A DNA stretch of 46,993 nt from Coniocarpon cinnabarinum. Taxonomy: Eukaryota. The stretch spans positions 124,001 to 170,993 of the forward strand of contig JAVECO010000021.1 of assembly GCA_051942205.1 (NCBI GenBank), in the 5' to 3' direction. Of the stretch, positions 22,200 through 33,742 are shown piece by piece. A program made the translations under genes and the position numbers. The notes beneath the pieces were generated by a model, which was given only the letters and a program-made list of their open reading frames with translations, had not been told where the DNA came from and made no database searches. Within the stretch, counting starts at the first letter, position 1; every line of letters starts with the position of its first letter.

Positions 22200-23624
22200 A
22201 TGGGCGGCTCCTTATTTACAACAAGCAAAGGGTCTGCACCCGCACTCTTCTGCCCCCGGCTCGACACACCTATCTACGATGCGCTCAAGTCCCGCATCGC
22301 CACCATCCTCGAAGGTCACTTCCACCATGTCAGCACCCCATACGAAGCTCCCGAAAAGACAACACACGGTGACATTGACTTCGTCCTCGCTGAACCCAAA
22401 CGCACAGACCAGCCATTCTCCCCAGACCACATCCTGCAGCTGACAAACCAGCTCTCGGCTGTCCGTGCTGAGTCAAGAGGAAAAGGCGAATGGAGCTTTG
22501 CTGTTCCCGTTCCGGAGATTACAGTTCTGGGTAGTGATTGCGAGATTACCCATGCGTTTGCACAGGTGGACTTGGGGCTGTGTCACACTGAGGAACGATT
22601 TCACTGGCAGATGCTCACGCATTCATATGGGGATCTCTTTCAGATTTTGGGTGTATTGATGCGTCCGCTGGGCTTGACGTTCGTGCCTGATGGATTTATT
22701 GCACGCATCTCGCCTCGCGTGCTGGCTCCTGACCCTGTAGGTGGTAACGGCGATGACAACGGCGGCGACAACGGCATACACTATACTCACAGCATGGCTT
22801 CACGAACACTTCTGCTGTCAAGAAGCCCAGAAGCAGTGTTGAAATTCCTAGGACTGGACGTAGAGAAGTGGCAACAGGGGTTCGAAAGCCTAGACGATAT
22901 CTACCGTTTCGTGTCGTCCTCCCGCTTCTTCAATCGACGAACCTTCGAAGCCGCCTGCGAAGAGTCACATGATGAAGCCGCCGAGGAACAGAAGCCAATT
23001 CACAATGTCGAGAAGGGCGAGTGGACCACGAAGCAGAAATCTCGAGATAAGCGGCGAAAGCGTCTACGACCCATGTATCGTGGTTTTGTGGAGGAGTGGC
23101 TACCATCTCAACAGTCTCACCCTGATATTAGCACATCTCACGATCGCGAGCACTTCACTGATCGGGAGGCACTGTTCAGAAGACGGACCGCGGCTCTTCA
23201 CGATGCGCTGAGCTTTTTCGAGAAGCGTGATGAGTACGACAGGCTGGTCACCAATTTGAACGAGATACAAGAGGAAGCGACATTCTGGACCGAAGTGAGG
23301 CAACGGATACCCCTCACTGCTGAGCGATTGGGGTGCGCGATGAGAGGCCTAAAATCGTGGGTCGGATTCAATATTGCCGAGATGATCCTAGTGAAACAGG
23401 ATGGGGGAACTTCAAGGACCTTGCGACGGCCTCCGATGATATTGAGCAGGCCTGTCAAGAAGGGGAGCAAACAGCCGACTTGGACAAAGGAGACTGGGCT
23501 GAGCAGGGGCGACCTTCTGCTGTGGGTCGATAGCAATTGGCAGACGTGTAAGAAACTCGAGCGAGAAAGGGAGAAGAGGGCGAAGGAAGCAAAGTGCAGA
23601 GAGAGAGGCGTGAAAAGGAAGTAG
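22200..23624 (+). CDS. Putative Pol-beta-superfamily nucleotidyltransferase (minimal Pol X-like), intronless
   Basis: 474-aa ORF with MGGSLF start, PEKTTHGDIDFVL (GDxD), AQVDL (candidate third Asp), HSYGDL, GLTFVPDGF, SPEAVLKFLGLD, RPMYRGFVEEWLP and basic NLS-like tracts. The ORF is clear; the function is inferred. Confidence 0.7.
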   Translation: MGGSLFTTSKGSAPALFCPRLDTPIYDALKSRIATILEGHFHHVSTPYEAPEKTTHGDIDFVLAEPKRTDQPFSPDHILQLTNQLSAVRAESRGKGEWSFAVPVPEITVLGSDCEITHAFAQVDLGLCHTEERFHWQMLTHSYGDLFQILGVLMRPLGLTFVPDGFIARISPRVLAPDPVGGNGDDNGGDNGIHYTHSMASRTLLLSRSPEAVLKFLGLDVEKWQQGFESLDDIYRFVSSSRFFNRRTFEAACEESHDEAAEEQKPIHNVEKGEWTTKQKSRDKRRKRLRPMYRGFVEEWLPSQQSHPDISTSHDREHFTDREALFRRRTAALHDALSFFEKRDEYDRLVTNLNEIQEEATFWTEVRQRIPLTAERLGCAMRGLKSWVGFNIAEMILVKQDGGTSRTLRRPPMILSRPVKKGSKQPTWTKETGLSRGDLLLWVDSNWQTCKKLEREREKRAKEAKCRERGVKRK

Positions 23625-23813
23625 TGCACGCTGGACCATTCTCCAGACCTTCAGCAGCCGACGACTCACAAGAAGTGCAGGCTACTCTACGAGAAGTCAA
23701 CCTCGTTATATCGCTGTGTTGTATTATTAGCGCACACTTGCGCGGGTACCAGGTATCATCTGGCCCAGTCGTAGATATCGTACATGCTGTGCACCAAACG
23801 CCACAAGCTAGCT

Positions 23814-26800
23814 CTACTTGCTGCTGCCATTACCCAGTATTTCTACAGTTGTCTTTCGTTGATGGCCTTTATCGAGACCTCCTCCCGCATCGCCCGGTCT
23901 TAAACTTGTGCTAGACTCACCCAATTGTAATTGGCTGTTGTCAGCTGCCGTTTCTTCGTCGGCATCGAACATAGCCGCACCATTTGTGTCAGGCCCATTC
24001 TTAGGCTCTGACGGTGTCGCTTCTCCGACTTGCTTATTCTTGACGATGCTTGAGAGGGCCTGGCCTAGGTCACTGGAGTCATCGAGTTTACTGAGGCGAG
24101 AGTCGAGGGTTTCAATATCTTTGAGCAATCTAGTACCATCGTCAGCACTTAGTCCCGTCATCCCGACTGGGACAAAGTTAGCCACTAACCTCTGCTTTCC
24201 TGCTTCTGTCTTGACGCTGACGCTTTCAAGAGCCTTGCCCCATTCTTCAGCATAGCCCTTGAAAATCGGAGACATGATCATCTTCAAGTCAAGCTCGCCA
24301 ACGTGCCGACTCAACACTCTATGCAGAGTGCCCGTCTCTTTGCACAAGTCCTCAATGAACTTGCTGGGTCCCTGATCGCCGTTTCGCGCCTGCTCGTCGA
24401 AATCGGCCTTCTTCATCACTGCAATGTGCGCCATACTGCGGCCCGTCATGATGTCCACGAGCTTCTCATGTATACTAGTCTGGTGGTCTTGGAACAGACG
24501 CTTGACTTTGTCGAACTCAGCCAGCACTGAGGAGCCTGCAGGAAGCTGTCGACGAACAAACTCACGGATATAAGGCATCAGCGCGACAACGAAACTGCAT
24601 GCTTGGGAGGCGAGTGCAAGGTGCTTGGAGTTGATGTTCTTCAGACCCGCAGACTTAGTGGCGCCAGCCCCAAGTATGAGCTGACAGGCCCGTGAATTGA
24701 ACAGCTTGAGATACTCAAGTAGCTTGATACTAGCGTCTGCTGCGATCGCTGGAATGGCTGCGATGAGATGGAGGAAGGTGGTGATGCCAGGCAGGAGGGC
24801 TTGAGCAGAGGATACAAGGAAGAATCGATAGTCGTCAATGCGTGCAGGGCGAGTGGCAGGTTTTTCGCCATTGGATCGAGCAGGAGGATTGGCGCCGTTG
24901 ATTTGAGGTACTTGAAGCTCATCTTGCCAAAGCTGCATGTAAGATGTCCATTCCCGTGGTGTAGAATTCATAGCATCAAGTAAACGTTGAAGGATTTTGC
25001 CAGCTTCCTCGTCAAAATCCTTGGGTTCCCATCTATCGGTCTCTAGGATGGCGCTGATCTGTTGCTTTTGAGATTCAAAGAGATTGTTCAAAAAGTCCTT
25101 GACTTGAGCATTGACAACCTCCTTCAAAGCATCGCCACTGCGAGAAGACACTGCTTCACATTCATCCGCGAAAAGGCGATTCAGCATGAAGTAACGTAGA
25201 AATTGTTCCAGCGGTAGACGCGTATTTTCCTCGCGGCGGACTTTCAAAACCTTAGTAATCTGCCCTTGTACTATGTCAACAGCTTGGCCGAGGAGCGACG
25301 AAAGATCAAGAGCTTCAGTAACTTCTTCACGGACATTGCTGCTTTGCTCTGGAGCATTGTTGATTTGGATTTCTGGGTTCTCTGACTCAGGTTGTGCGGA
25401 CTTCGTTTCAGCAGCGGTCGTATCGATGGTTACCGTCACATCCAGCAAGACCTTTGTCTGCATGACAAGACGTCGCAGTGCTTCGCCAACAGTGGTATAG
25501 ACATTGATCAACAGCTCTTCCATAGCTTCAACATCCAAAGCTCTGAGATTGCGAGCCAGAATGGCAGACTTGTCTTGCTGTGTCAATCTCCGACCACCAC
25601 GGGTAGAAACCGACGTGACCGATTCGTTGTCGTCATCACTGGAGCTGGGTAGCTGAGCACGAATCATACCCTTCATCTCGCGCATGATGGCTTCTCGATA
25701 TGCTGATGCGGCGTGGCTAGCTTGCCCAGCGCGGTTCAGGCCAGCTAAAGTTGCAAGCAGCGTCGATCTCAGTTCCTCGCTGGCATTGAGATACGTTGGT
25801 GCAATTGACTTTTGCCGCCGATGATCGCTGCGACCACGAAACGTGGCTTGAGCAAACCGTTGTAGAGTGTCCCGTCTTGGTACACTCTTCACATGGTCGC
25901 GGAGATCAGTTAGCAAAGCGTCTTTGAAGCGATCCTCAAATCCACGGCCAATACGTGCATGAAGCTGTTGGATACCCTCAGTGATTCCCTCGAGCGCTTT
26001 CAATTGGCGCAGGTCCACACGGTCTACTTTCGCGGAGTCTGAATTTAATGGTCGTCCAGTGATAAGACCCTCCAAGCCGTCTATGCGTGACGTAGCTTCT
26101 TCCACATTACCTTCTTCGACAAGCTCCTCACACGCCTTGCCTTCCTCGACGACTTCGCATAGCTGAATTATAGTATTTCCAAGCTTCCGCAGATTCTCTC
26201 GCTTCCGACGCAGATCTACTAGCTCCAGTCCACCAAGCGCCATTTCTCGATCCATATCTTGTAAAGCCGAACGCAAGTTGCGTATCTTTTGTATCGAGTC
26301 CGCGGCCTCCCTCTCCAATTCTTTCAGTGAACCCAACGCAGCAAAGAAAGATGTTGATGCAGCGGCAATCGATGTAATAAGATGAACCTCGACTGTGTCC
26401 ATATACCATGACAACTTCTCTTGCAGTATCGCGTTTGTTTGAAGCGCTTTTCGGGGTAAGACTGGGCCTTTGGCAGCACCATTGGTCAATCCAGAGCCAT
26501 CTTTGGAAGTCGGTCGTTCGGGAGGTGTGATTTCAGAGTACTCTGAGACAACATCAAAAGTGCGAGGATTTTCAAGGTGGAAGTTCTCATCAAAGTAGAC
26601 AGCTGGTATGGTAGATAGCGGAGTCGGCCCTTGGAGTCCACGACGTGATCGCAATGACCTGGGTGTTCCCGAACTTGGGGTTTGAGGTGGCGAGAAGGCA
26701 CTGTCTCTACGACTGGTGGGCGGCGATTTCAGCGCTTCACTGTTGACATGCTTTCCGAAGACGTCTGCAAACTCGTCGTGGTTTTCTGATGCCCTTATTC

Positions 26801-27266
26801 TGCTTGTCAGAGTATCTGATACTTCGGCGCTGGCAGCTTTTGCTCGATTTAAGGACTCGAACAAAGGTCCAACTTGCGAGAGATATTCATTGAAAGCTGA
26901 AGACTCCACATGCGGTATCGACGTGAGTGTGACCGGCGCAATGTCCTTGGCAGTAGGGGGTCGATGTGAAGAGGATTGCGGAAGCGACTGATGAGGTATT
27001 AGACCGGTGCGGACTATCGAAGGAGCAAGTAAGGAGGAAATGGCGTTTTGCGACCAGTCGTTTTCCTGCGTGTTCGTGGGCGCCGTGTCCAACGTGCCTC
27101 CGATTGAGCTCGCAACACTTGCAGAAGAGCCTCTGCGCCGAGGTGCCCCAGCCGTCTGGCCTTGTTGGTGCAGCGTAGATGCATGTCGGGGATATGACGG
27201 TCGTGATCGAGACGAGATTGGGGATGTTGGTGCTGCTTGACCGCGTGATTGTCGACGGTTGGACAT
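23814..27266 (-). CDS. VPS54: GARP complex subunit Vps54
   Basis: LSTIPAVYFDENFHLENPRTFDVV, LQEKLSWYMDTVEVHL, FNSRACQLILGAGATKSAGLKNINSKHLALASQ. First ATG at 27266. Probable 60-nt intron 24189-24130; the extreme 3' end is uncertain. Confidence 0.95.
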   Translation of the reverse strand: MSNRRQSRGQAAPTSPISSRSRPSYPRHASTLHQQGQTAGAPRRRGSSASVASSIGGTLDTAPTNTQENDWSQNAISSLLAPSIVRTGLIPHQSLPQSSSHRPPTAKDIAPVTLTSIPHVESSAFNEYLSQVGPLFESLNRAKAASAEVSDTLTSRIRASENHDEFADVFGKHVNSEALKSPPTSRRDSAFSPPQTPSSGTPRSLRSRRGLQGPTPLSTIPAVYFDENFHLENPRTFDVVSEYSEITPPERPTSKDGSGLTNGAAKGPVLPRKALQTNAILQEKLSWYMDTVEVHLITSIAAASTSFFAALGSLKELEREAADSIQKIRNLRSALQDMDREMALGGLELVDLRRKRENLRKLGNTIIQLCEVVEEGKACEELVEEGNVEEATSRIDGLEGLITGRPLNSDSAKVDRVDLRQLKALEGITEGIQQLHARIGRGFEDRFKDALLTDLRDHVKSVPRRDTLQRFAQATFRGRSDHRRQKSIAPTYLNASEELRSTLLATLAGLNRAGQASHAASAYREAIMREMKGMIRAQLPSSSDDDNESVTSVSTRGGRRLTQQDKSAILARNLRALDVEAMEELLINVYTTVGEALRRLVMQTKVLLDVTVTIDTTAAETKSAQPESENPEIQINNAPEQSSNVREEVTEALDLSSLLGQAVDIVQGQITKVLKVRREENTRLPLEQFLRYFMLNRLFADECEAVSSRSGDALKEVVNAQVKDFLNNLFESQKQQISAILETDRWEPKDFDEEAGKILQRLLDAMNSTPREWTSYMQLWQDELQVPQINGANPPARSNGEKPATRPARIDDYRFFLVSSAQALLPGITTFLHLIAAIPAIAADASIKLLEYLKLFNSRACQLILGAGATKSAGLKNINSKHLALASQACSFVVALMPYIREFVRRQLPAGSSVLAEFDKVKRLFQDHQTSIHEKLVDIMTGRSMAHIAVMKKADFDEQARNGDQGPSKFIEDLCKETGTLHRVLSRHVGELDLKMIMSPIFKGYAEEWGKALESVSVKTEAGKQRLVANFVPVGMTGLSADDGTRLLKDIETLDSRLSKLDDSSDLGQALSSIVKNKQVGEATPSEPKNGPDTNGAAMFDADEETAADNSQLQLGESSTSLRPGDAGGGLDKGHQRKTTVEILGNGSSK

Positions 27267-27753
27267 AATACGGTGCCGCAGAGGGGATGACTGACGAGGG
27301 GATGCATTAGTACCGCACGTCAATTTCTGGCTGTTTTAAGGGAGAACGTCCGATGCAGGACTTCTTCAAGCTTGCGTGACCTTTCATAGATAGAGGACCA
27401 AGGTTTGCATTGTAACTAGTTACTCCAACTTCGACCTCAATGCGCATCGCTTAAAGGCCTACACATCTTGTCCAGTGACTTGGACTGCACAAGGTCAGGA
27501 ATTATGGCGCCGCTCAAGGCCCAACTTGGGTGTTCCAAACACATCCGATCTTGGGATAATTTCCTGCTTGTTCTAACATCCAAGCACTGTAGAAGAGTTA
27601 CCCGTACTCAGGTTCTCAACCAGTGTTTCTCAAAACGCAAAACATCATTGACATCAAAGATGCATCTCAATTGATGGCGGATTCAATGGACGGGAATAGA
27701 TCTTACCTATTAAGACCGTACGGCGCTAGCCCAGATTTAGATACGTGATTGCA

Positions 27754-27788
27754 ACGCGTGCAGCGCGTCGCATCCTCTCAAGACGCGT
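27754..27788. promoter_or_regulatory. MCB (MluI cell-cycle box) cluster in the VPS54/MCM5 divergent promoter
   Basis: ACGCGT at 27754-27759 and 27783-27788 with a GCGCGT between them, about 95-130 bp upstream of the MCM5 ATG. Confidence 0.6.
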
Positions 27789-27881
27789 CTTCTCAGTGGT
27801 CTCCAGATTGTTTCCTCCATTACGTCTTGATATCTCGTCACCGCTTTTCTGCTTCCACAATTTGAACAGTCGCTTCATACC

Positions 27882-30199
27882 ATGGACAGCCGCTCAACTT
27901 ACACGGTCAGTGTCTATCCGCCTGATCAAGACTACCACGGCCCCGATACTCGTGTTTGGACTCAGCAAGCGCTTGCAAACTTCATCCTCGACTTCCACAT
28001 CGACAACGTCTTCATATACCGGTATGGCATTCCGTGCGATCAACCACCAGAAGCATCCGGGCCGCTGACGTTCTTGAAGGGACCAGATAAGGGAAAACGT
28101 TCTGGTAAAACAATACTTTTGCGAAATTGATATTGCGCATCTCATCTCCTACAACGAAGAGCTTGCAAGCAGACTGAATAATGACCCAGCCGACATCATA
28201 CCAATTGTGAGGAAAATGCAGCTCTTACTCGCTAGCTGAGGCTGATCAGACGTAGTTTGAAGATGCGCTCAAGAGTTGCACACAACGGATAGTCTTCCCA
28301 TCCGAAAGAGACATTGTTAGCTCTCTACCCAAGCATCAACTTTTAATTAGATCATCTGCCTTAGTCACTCCCATTCGAGATCTTGGTGCCACCAGCGTCT
28401 CCCACCTTGTACGAATACCAGGAATCATCATTGGCGCGTCGACCCTCTCCTCCAAAGCCACTTTGCTCACAATACAATGTCGATCATGTCAGCACATTGA
28501 CTACGTTCCAGTCACGGACGGGTTTGCCGGCGTCTCGTTACCTCGATCTTGCACCAGACAACGCCCACCAAATGAAGAGTCGCCACAATGTCCACTCGAT
28601 CCATTCTATGTTGTGCATGAGAGATGTCAGTTCATAGACCAACAAGTCTTGAAGCTACAAGAGGCGCCCGATCAGGTGCCAGTTGGCGAGCTACCTCGTC
28701 ATGTACTCATTTCAGCAGACAGATATCTCGCCAGTCAAGTCGTGCCTGGTTCTCGCTGTACAGTGACAGGAATCTACGATGTATACCAGTCTAAAGGCGC
28801 AAAGACCTCCTCCAGCTCTGCCGTGGCTATCCGACAACCATACATTCGTGCAGTTGGTATCGCGAGCGACGCTGACCACACCGTCAAGGGTGGCTCTATA
28901 TTCTCAGATGCCGAAGAGCAAGAATTTCTTGAGTTGAGCAGAAGACCGGATCTTTACGAGATGTTCGCAGACTGCATTGCGCCATCCATTTATGGCAACA
29001 GAGATATCAAAAAGGCCATTGCATGTCTGCTGATGGGAGGGTCGAAGAAGGTCTTGCCGGATGGCATGCGACTGCGAGGCGACATCAATGTCCTTCTCTT
29101 GGGTGATCCAGGTACAGCAAAGTCACAGCTTCTGAAATTTGTGGAGCGTGTCGCGCCTATTGCAATCTACACTTCTGGCAAAGGATCATCCGCAGCTGGT
29201 CTAACCGCCTCTGTCCAGCGGGATCCAGGGTCAAGGGAGTTCTACTTAGAAGGAGGTGCTATGGTGCTAGCTGACAGCGGTGTGGTGTGTATCGACGAAT
29301 TCGATAAGATGCGTGATGAAGACCGAGTGGCTATTCATGAGGCCATGGAGCAACAGACTATTTCAATCGCAAAAGCCGGTATCACTACCATACTGAACGC
29401 TCGAACCAGCGTACTCGCAGCCGCCAACCCGATATTCGGGCGCTACGACGATCTGAAGACGCCGGGCGAGAACATTGATTTTCAGACTACGATTCTCTCT
29501 CGATTCGACATGATTTTTATCGTACGCGACGAGCATGATCGCGGTCGAGACGAGAGGGTTGCTCGCCACGTCATGGGCATTCACATGAACGGTCATGCGC
29601 CGGTCGGGGAGGAAGACCACGTACAGGCGCCGATACCGAGTGAGAAGATGAAGCGATACATCTCTTACTGCAAACAGCGCTGTGCGCCGCAGCTGAGTGA
29701 GGCAGCCGCTGAACGACTTTCAAGCAACTTCATTGCCCTTCGAGAACAGCTTCAGCACTCGGAGTCGGCAGCCGGTGCCAGAAGCACAGTCCCCATCACG
29801 GTTCGTCAACTGGAGGCCGTGGTGCGTATTGCAGAATCGCTGGCGAAGCTGCAATTATCTGCGGTGGCGGATGAATCGCACGTCGACGAGGCGATTCGGC
29901 TATTCCTTGCCTCCACGATGGACGCAGCAACCAGTGGCGAAAACAGTCAGCACGGACAAGCCGCAGCAGGCTCTGGCGGCAACCGAGAGCTGATGACAGA
30001 CGTGAACAAATGTGAAGAGGAGCTGCGACGGCGATTACCTGTGGGATGGAACACGAACATCTCCACGTTGAAGAAAGAGTTTGTGCAGGGCAGAGGGTAC
30101 TCGGAGCAGGTGCTGTCGCGAGCGCTGATGGTGATGCAGCGGAGGGAGACGATACAGATGCGGAGTGGCGGGCATCAAGTGTTCAGAATCGGTGCATAA
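27882..30199 (+). CDS. MCM5: DNA replication licensing factor MCM5, 3 exons
   Basis: Exons 27882-28021, 28080-28206 and 28256-30199. [62 protein letters not shown], and the SRFD arginine finger. Confidence 0.97.
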
Positions 30200-30826
30200 T
30201 AACCGGATGACACGGGCGCGGGCTGCGCAGGCTGCACAGGCGTCCGGACAGCCAGTGCAAGGTATTGGACGTGTACGTAATACGACGTGGTTTGGACTTG
30301 AGCCCGGGACTGGTGGCGGGCGGCGCGGCGTTGCAGTGACCGCATGGACGGCAGACCGAGGCATAACCAAGGACGGCGTAGGATAATGAATGACGAGGAC
30401 GCATGCAGAAGTCGAGCTGGGCTGCAGGAGGGAGGCTTATCTTGCTGTCATGTGTTGTCGTCTGTGACTGGGTCAAGTGCCAGGTGGGCAGAGACAGATC
30501 CATGGCGCCTGTTTCAGCTTTTACTGCATCAAGATCTGCCTCTGCTTCTGCTTCTTGCTGTGTCCACGATAATGTGTCTGCAAAAGACTGACAGTCTCGG
30601 TTACCGAGAAAATAGGTAGAAAGACGAGGGGAAGTGACTGGAAGGTAGATATGTAAGAAGATGGACGGGTGGTGGTGATGGCACTCACTGGCACCGCCAA
30701 ATGTCTACCTACCTACTCAGCAGCGCTAAACCTGTCTCGCTGACGCCATGCTTTTTGGCTTTCCATCACCACCTGCTCTGACTTGACCTCTCTGTGCCTG
30801 CCTGCCTCAGCCTGTCCGGCGTGCCA

Positions 30827-30862
30827 CTCCTCCTCCTCCTCCTCCTCCTCCTCCTCCTCCTC
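30827..30862. repeat. (CTC)12 microsatellite
   Basis: Perfect trinucleotide run in the pyrimidine-rich leader upstream of the GID7-like gene. Confidence 0.95.
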
Positions 30863-31595
30863 TCTCCCAGCCTCTTATCAGCACTTCCCCCTCCCCTTCC
30901 GTCGCTCGCGGAGCTACGTCGGCTACCCCGGATCATTGCTGAGCGTTGCTGATGCTTCACTTCGCTTGACCTCGGCGGGAGTCAGCTCCCCGACCCCAGC
31001 AAGAACGAACACGTCGCACATCCGCAATCTCAAGCCCAATTGTCCTTCTGCCCGCATCTCCTAGACCCGGCTACCAGGAAACAGGTCCTAGGATCAGATC
31101 TTACTATCTATAAGCTCCCCAGTCATCGACGAGCTGCAAGAGATCCATCAGCGTCGATCCGCCTATCCTTTTGGCGCTTGAACAAGTGCAATCCGCCTGC
31201 GTATACTTTCTGGAACGACCAGACCATCCAGCTCTGCTTTCTCTTTGGATGACTCAAAGCACGCATCGTTCAAGTCATCAGTCTCTCAGGGCGTCCTGGA
31301 CGCTCAAACCTCTCGAAACACGCCCCCAGTCACCACCGCCGACCCAGTCATCCCGCAACACCATCAGACTTCCAGCACAGTAATCTCAGCCCCATCAAAC
31401 CCCATTGATAATCCCCAATCTAATCCTACACGGGATACCGAGCCATCTCAGTCTTCCCATTCGTCGCCAAATCCACAGCTCGGTCGCCGCCGACGTCGCT
31501 CCAGCTCTTCCGGTTCCCCACCAGAGGAGTATCCCGTCGAGCGAAGTCGGCACGCTCGTCCTGCCCACAAACGCCGGCGAACCGACAATCAAAAC

Positions 31596-33742
31596 ATGCA
31601 TGGCAGCACATACACCCCAGAGTCGTCATCACCAAGTCAGAGCCCCACACCCAGCAGATCACGCTCAGCGTCGCCCCAAAAGCGCCCCCAAAATGGCTAC
31701 GTCAACGGTTCCACCAACGGCGAATCGAAACACTCCGATGCCTCCCCAGTACCTCGTAAAACGACGGACAGCCATACGAATAAAAGCTCCCCGACCCTCT
31801 TTTACGGCCACGAGAAAGAGCAGGTGGCCCGGATCCTCATCCAAGGATTACAAGATCTTGGCTACTCGAAAGCTGCAGAAACCCTGGTGGATGAGAGCGG
31901 ACACGAGCTAGAAAGCTCGAGCGCCACAGCCTTTCGTAACGCCATCTTAGGTGGGGATTGGATAGAAGCAGAATCTCTTCTACCAGGAGGGGAGCGCAAC
32001 CGTCGGCGTTCAAGTGGTATGCAGCACAACGGTAAGGGCGTCGCTAATGGCCATAGCCCCCAACAAAGCCGCCCGACTCTTACGCTTAAAGGTGATGCCG
32101 ATCGGGATGAGATGTTATTTTTGATTAGGCAACAGAAATTCTTGGAGCTGCTCGAACAAGGAGATGCAACGGCAGCTTTGACGTGCCTGCGATCGGAGCT
32201 ACATGCGCTTCATCAGGATCAGCGACAACTTCATGCTCTGTCAAGTCTTATAATGTGTCAAACACCTGAGGAAGTCAAGCAACAAGCAGATTGGGATGGC
32301 GCCGATGGCACGTCAAGAAGAAAGTTGTTGTCGAGTCTCGCGAATGCCATCTCTCCTTCCATCATGCTTCGAGATCACCGTCTCGCTCATTTGTTGAGTC
32401 AATGGAAGGACGCGCAAATTAACAACTGCTTGTATCACAACGACCTGGAGTCACCATCGCTATACCATGACCACGTGTGCACCCGTGATGACTTCCCATT
32501 AGATCCGATCCAAGAACTAGACCACCACTCCAACGAAGTCTGGTATGTTGGGTTCTCCAATGACGGATCCATGATGGCCTCTAGCGGGCAAGACCGGACG
32601 ATTGCCATTTATGACACCAATGAGTTTCGACTGCGTCACGTTCTTGCAGAACATAGAGACGGTGTAGCCGCAATCGCTTGGAGTCCCGACGACAAGCACA
32701 TTGTAAGCTGTTCATTAGATAAAGAAGCCCGATTGTGGGACGTTCAGGTAAGTCTTGCATGGCTATTGATCGGTTCAGTTTAGAAGTGAAAGCTGACGCT
32801 ATGGATAGAGCGGAAGGTGCATCAGAGTGCTGAAATACCACGACGACCCCGTTACATGCGCAGCTTGGGCACCTGACGGTCAGAGTTTTGTCATTGGCGC
32901 CCACGACCATAGCAAGCCACTTTCAATATGGGGGTTCCGATCATCTTACCCTGATCCATCTCCTCTTCACACCTTCGAGAAGCCAAGTCTGAACCGGGTT
33001 CAAGACTGCGTGGTATCCGCGGTGACTCCCCCGCGCTCATTTGAGATCGACGCCACGACCGATTCTCCAGATTCGCAACATGCGGTCCGCCTCGCTGCGC
33101 TGTGCGTCGACTACACCATACATGTGTACGATTACCATAGACGACAGAAACTGCGACAAATTGATGTGGGTCACAATTTGACAAGCATCTCGATGAGCCG
33201 AGATGGGCAAGAAATGATTGTCAACTTGGGCTGCAATGAAGTCTGGGCATTGGGCGTGGAAGACGGCATCGTCAGACGAAAATACCAAGGCCAGGTCCAA
33301 GGGCACTACATCATCCGTGGCTGCTACGGTGGGGCTGACGATGGAGTTGTCGTCAGTGGTGGCGAAGGTAGGCACACTCTCCCAATTCATATGATTTGCA
33401 CTACTAATTTCCCCTTGCACAGACGGTCGGATCTGCATCTGGCACAGGCACTCTGCTCGGCTTCTTGAGCAGCTCGAGGGTCACACTCCTGCGTCAGTGA
33501 ACACAGTTGCCTGGAACCATGCAAATCCCCGAATATTCGCGTCTGCCGGAGATGATTACAAAGTCAGAATTTGGGCGGCAATAAACTCAGATCTCGATTC
33601 AGCAGCGATGATGAGAGACGCTCACCGCAAACCGCCGTCGAATGCGCATCTTGGCTCCCATGGCGACCGGAGCGCTCCGCAATGGGGCTCGTCCGCCGGG
33701 AGCGGCGGTGGAAGTGCTCTCACAGCGCTGATGCGTCGATGA
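31596..33742 (+). CDS. GID7: GID/CTLH complex WD40 subunit (Gid7/WDR26-like): LisH + CTLH + WD40; 3 exons; true start may be upstream
   Basis: EQVARILIQGLQDLGYSKAAETL..ESG (LisH), FRNAILGGDW..FLIRQQKFLELLE (CTLH), CLYHN, and WD40 repeats. Introns 32748-32808 and 33368-33422. First in-frame ATG is 31596, but the frame is open from 31182. Confidence 0.85.
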
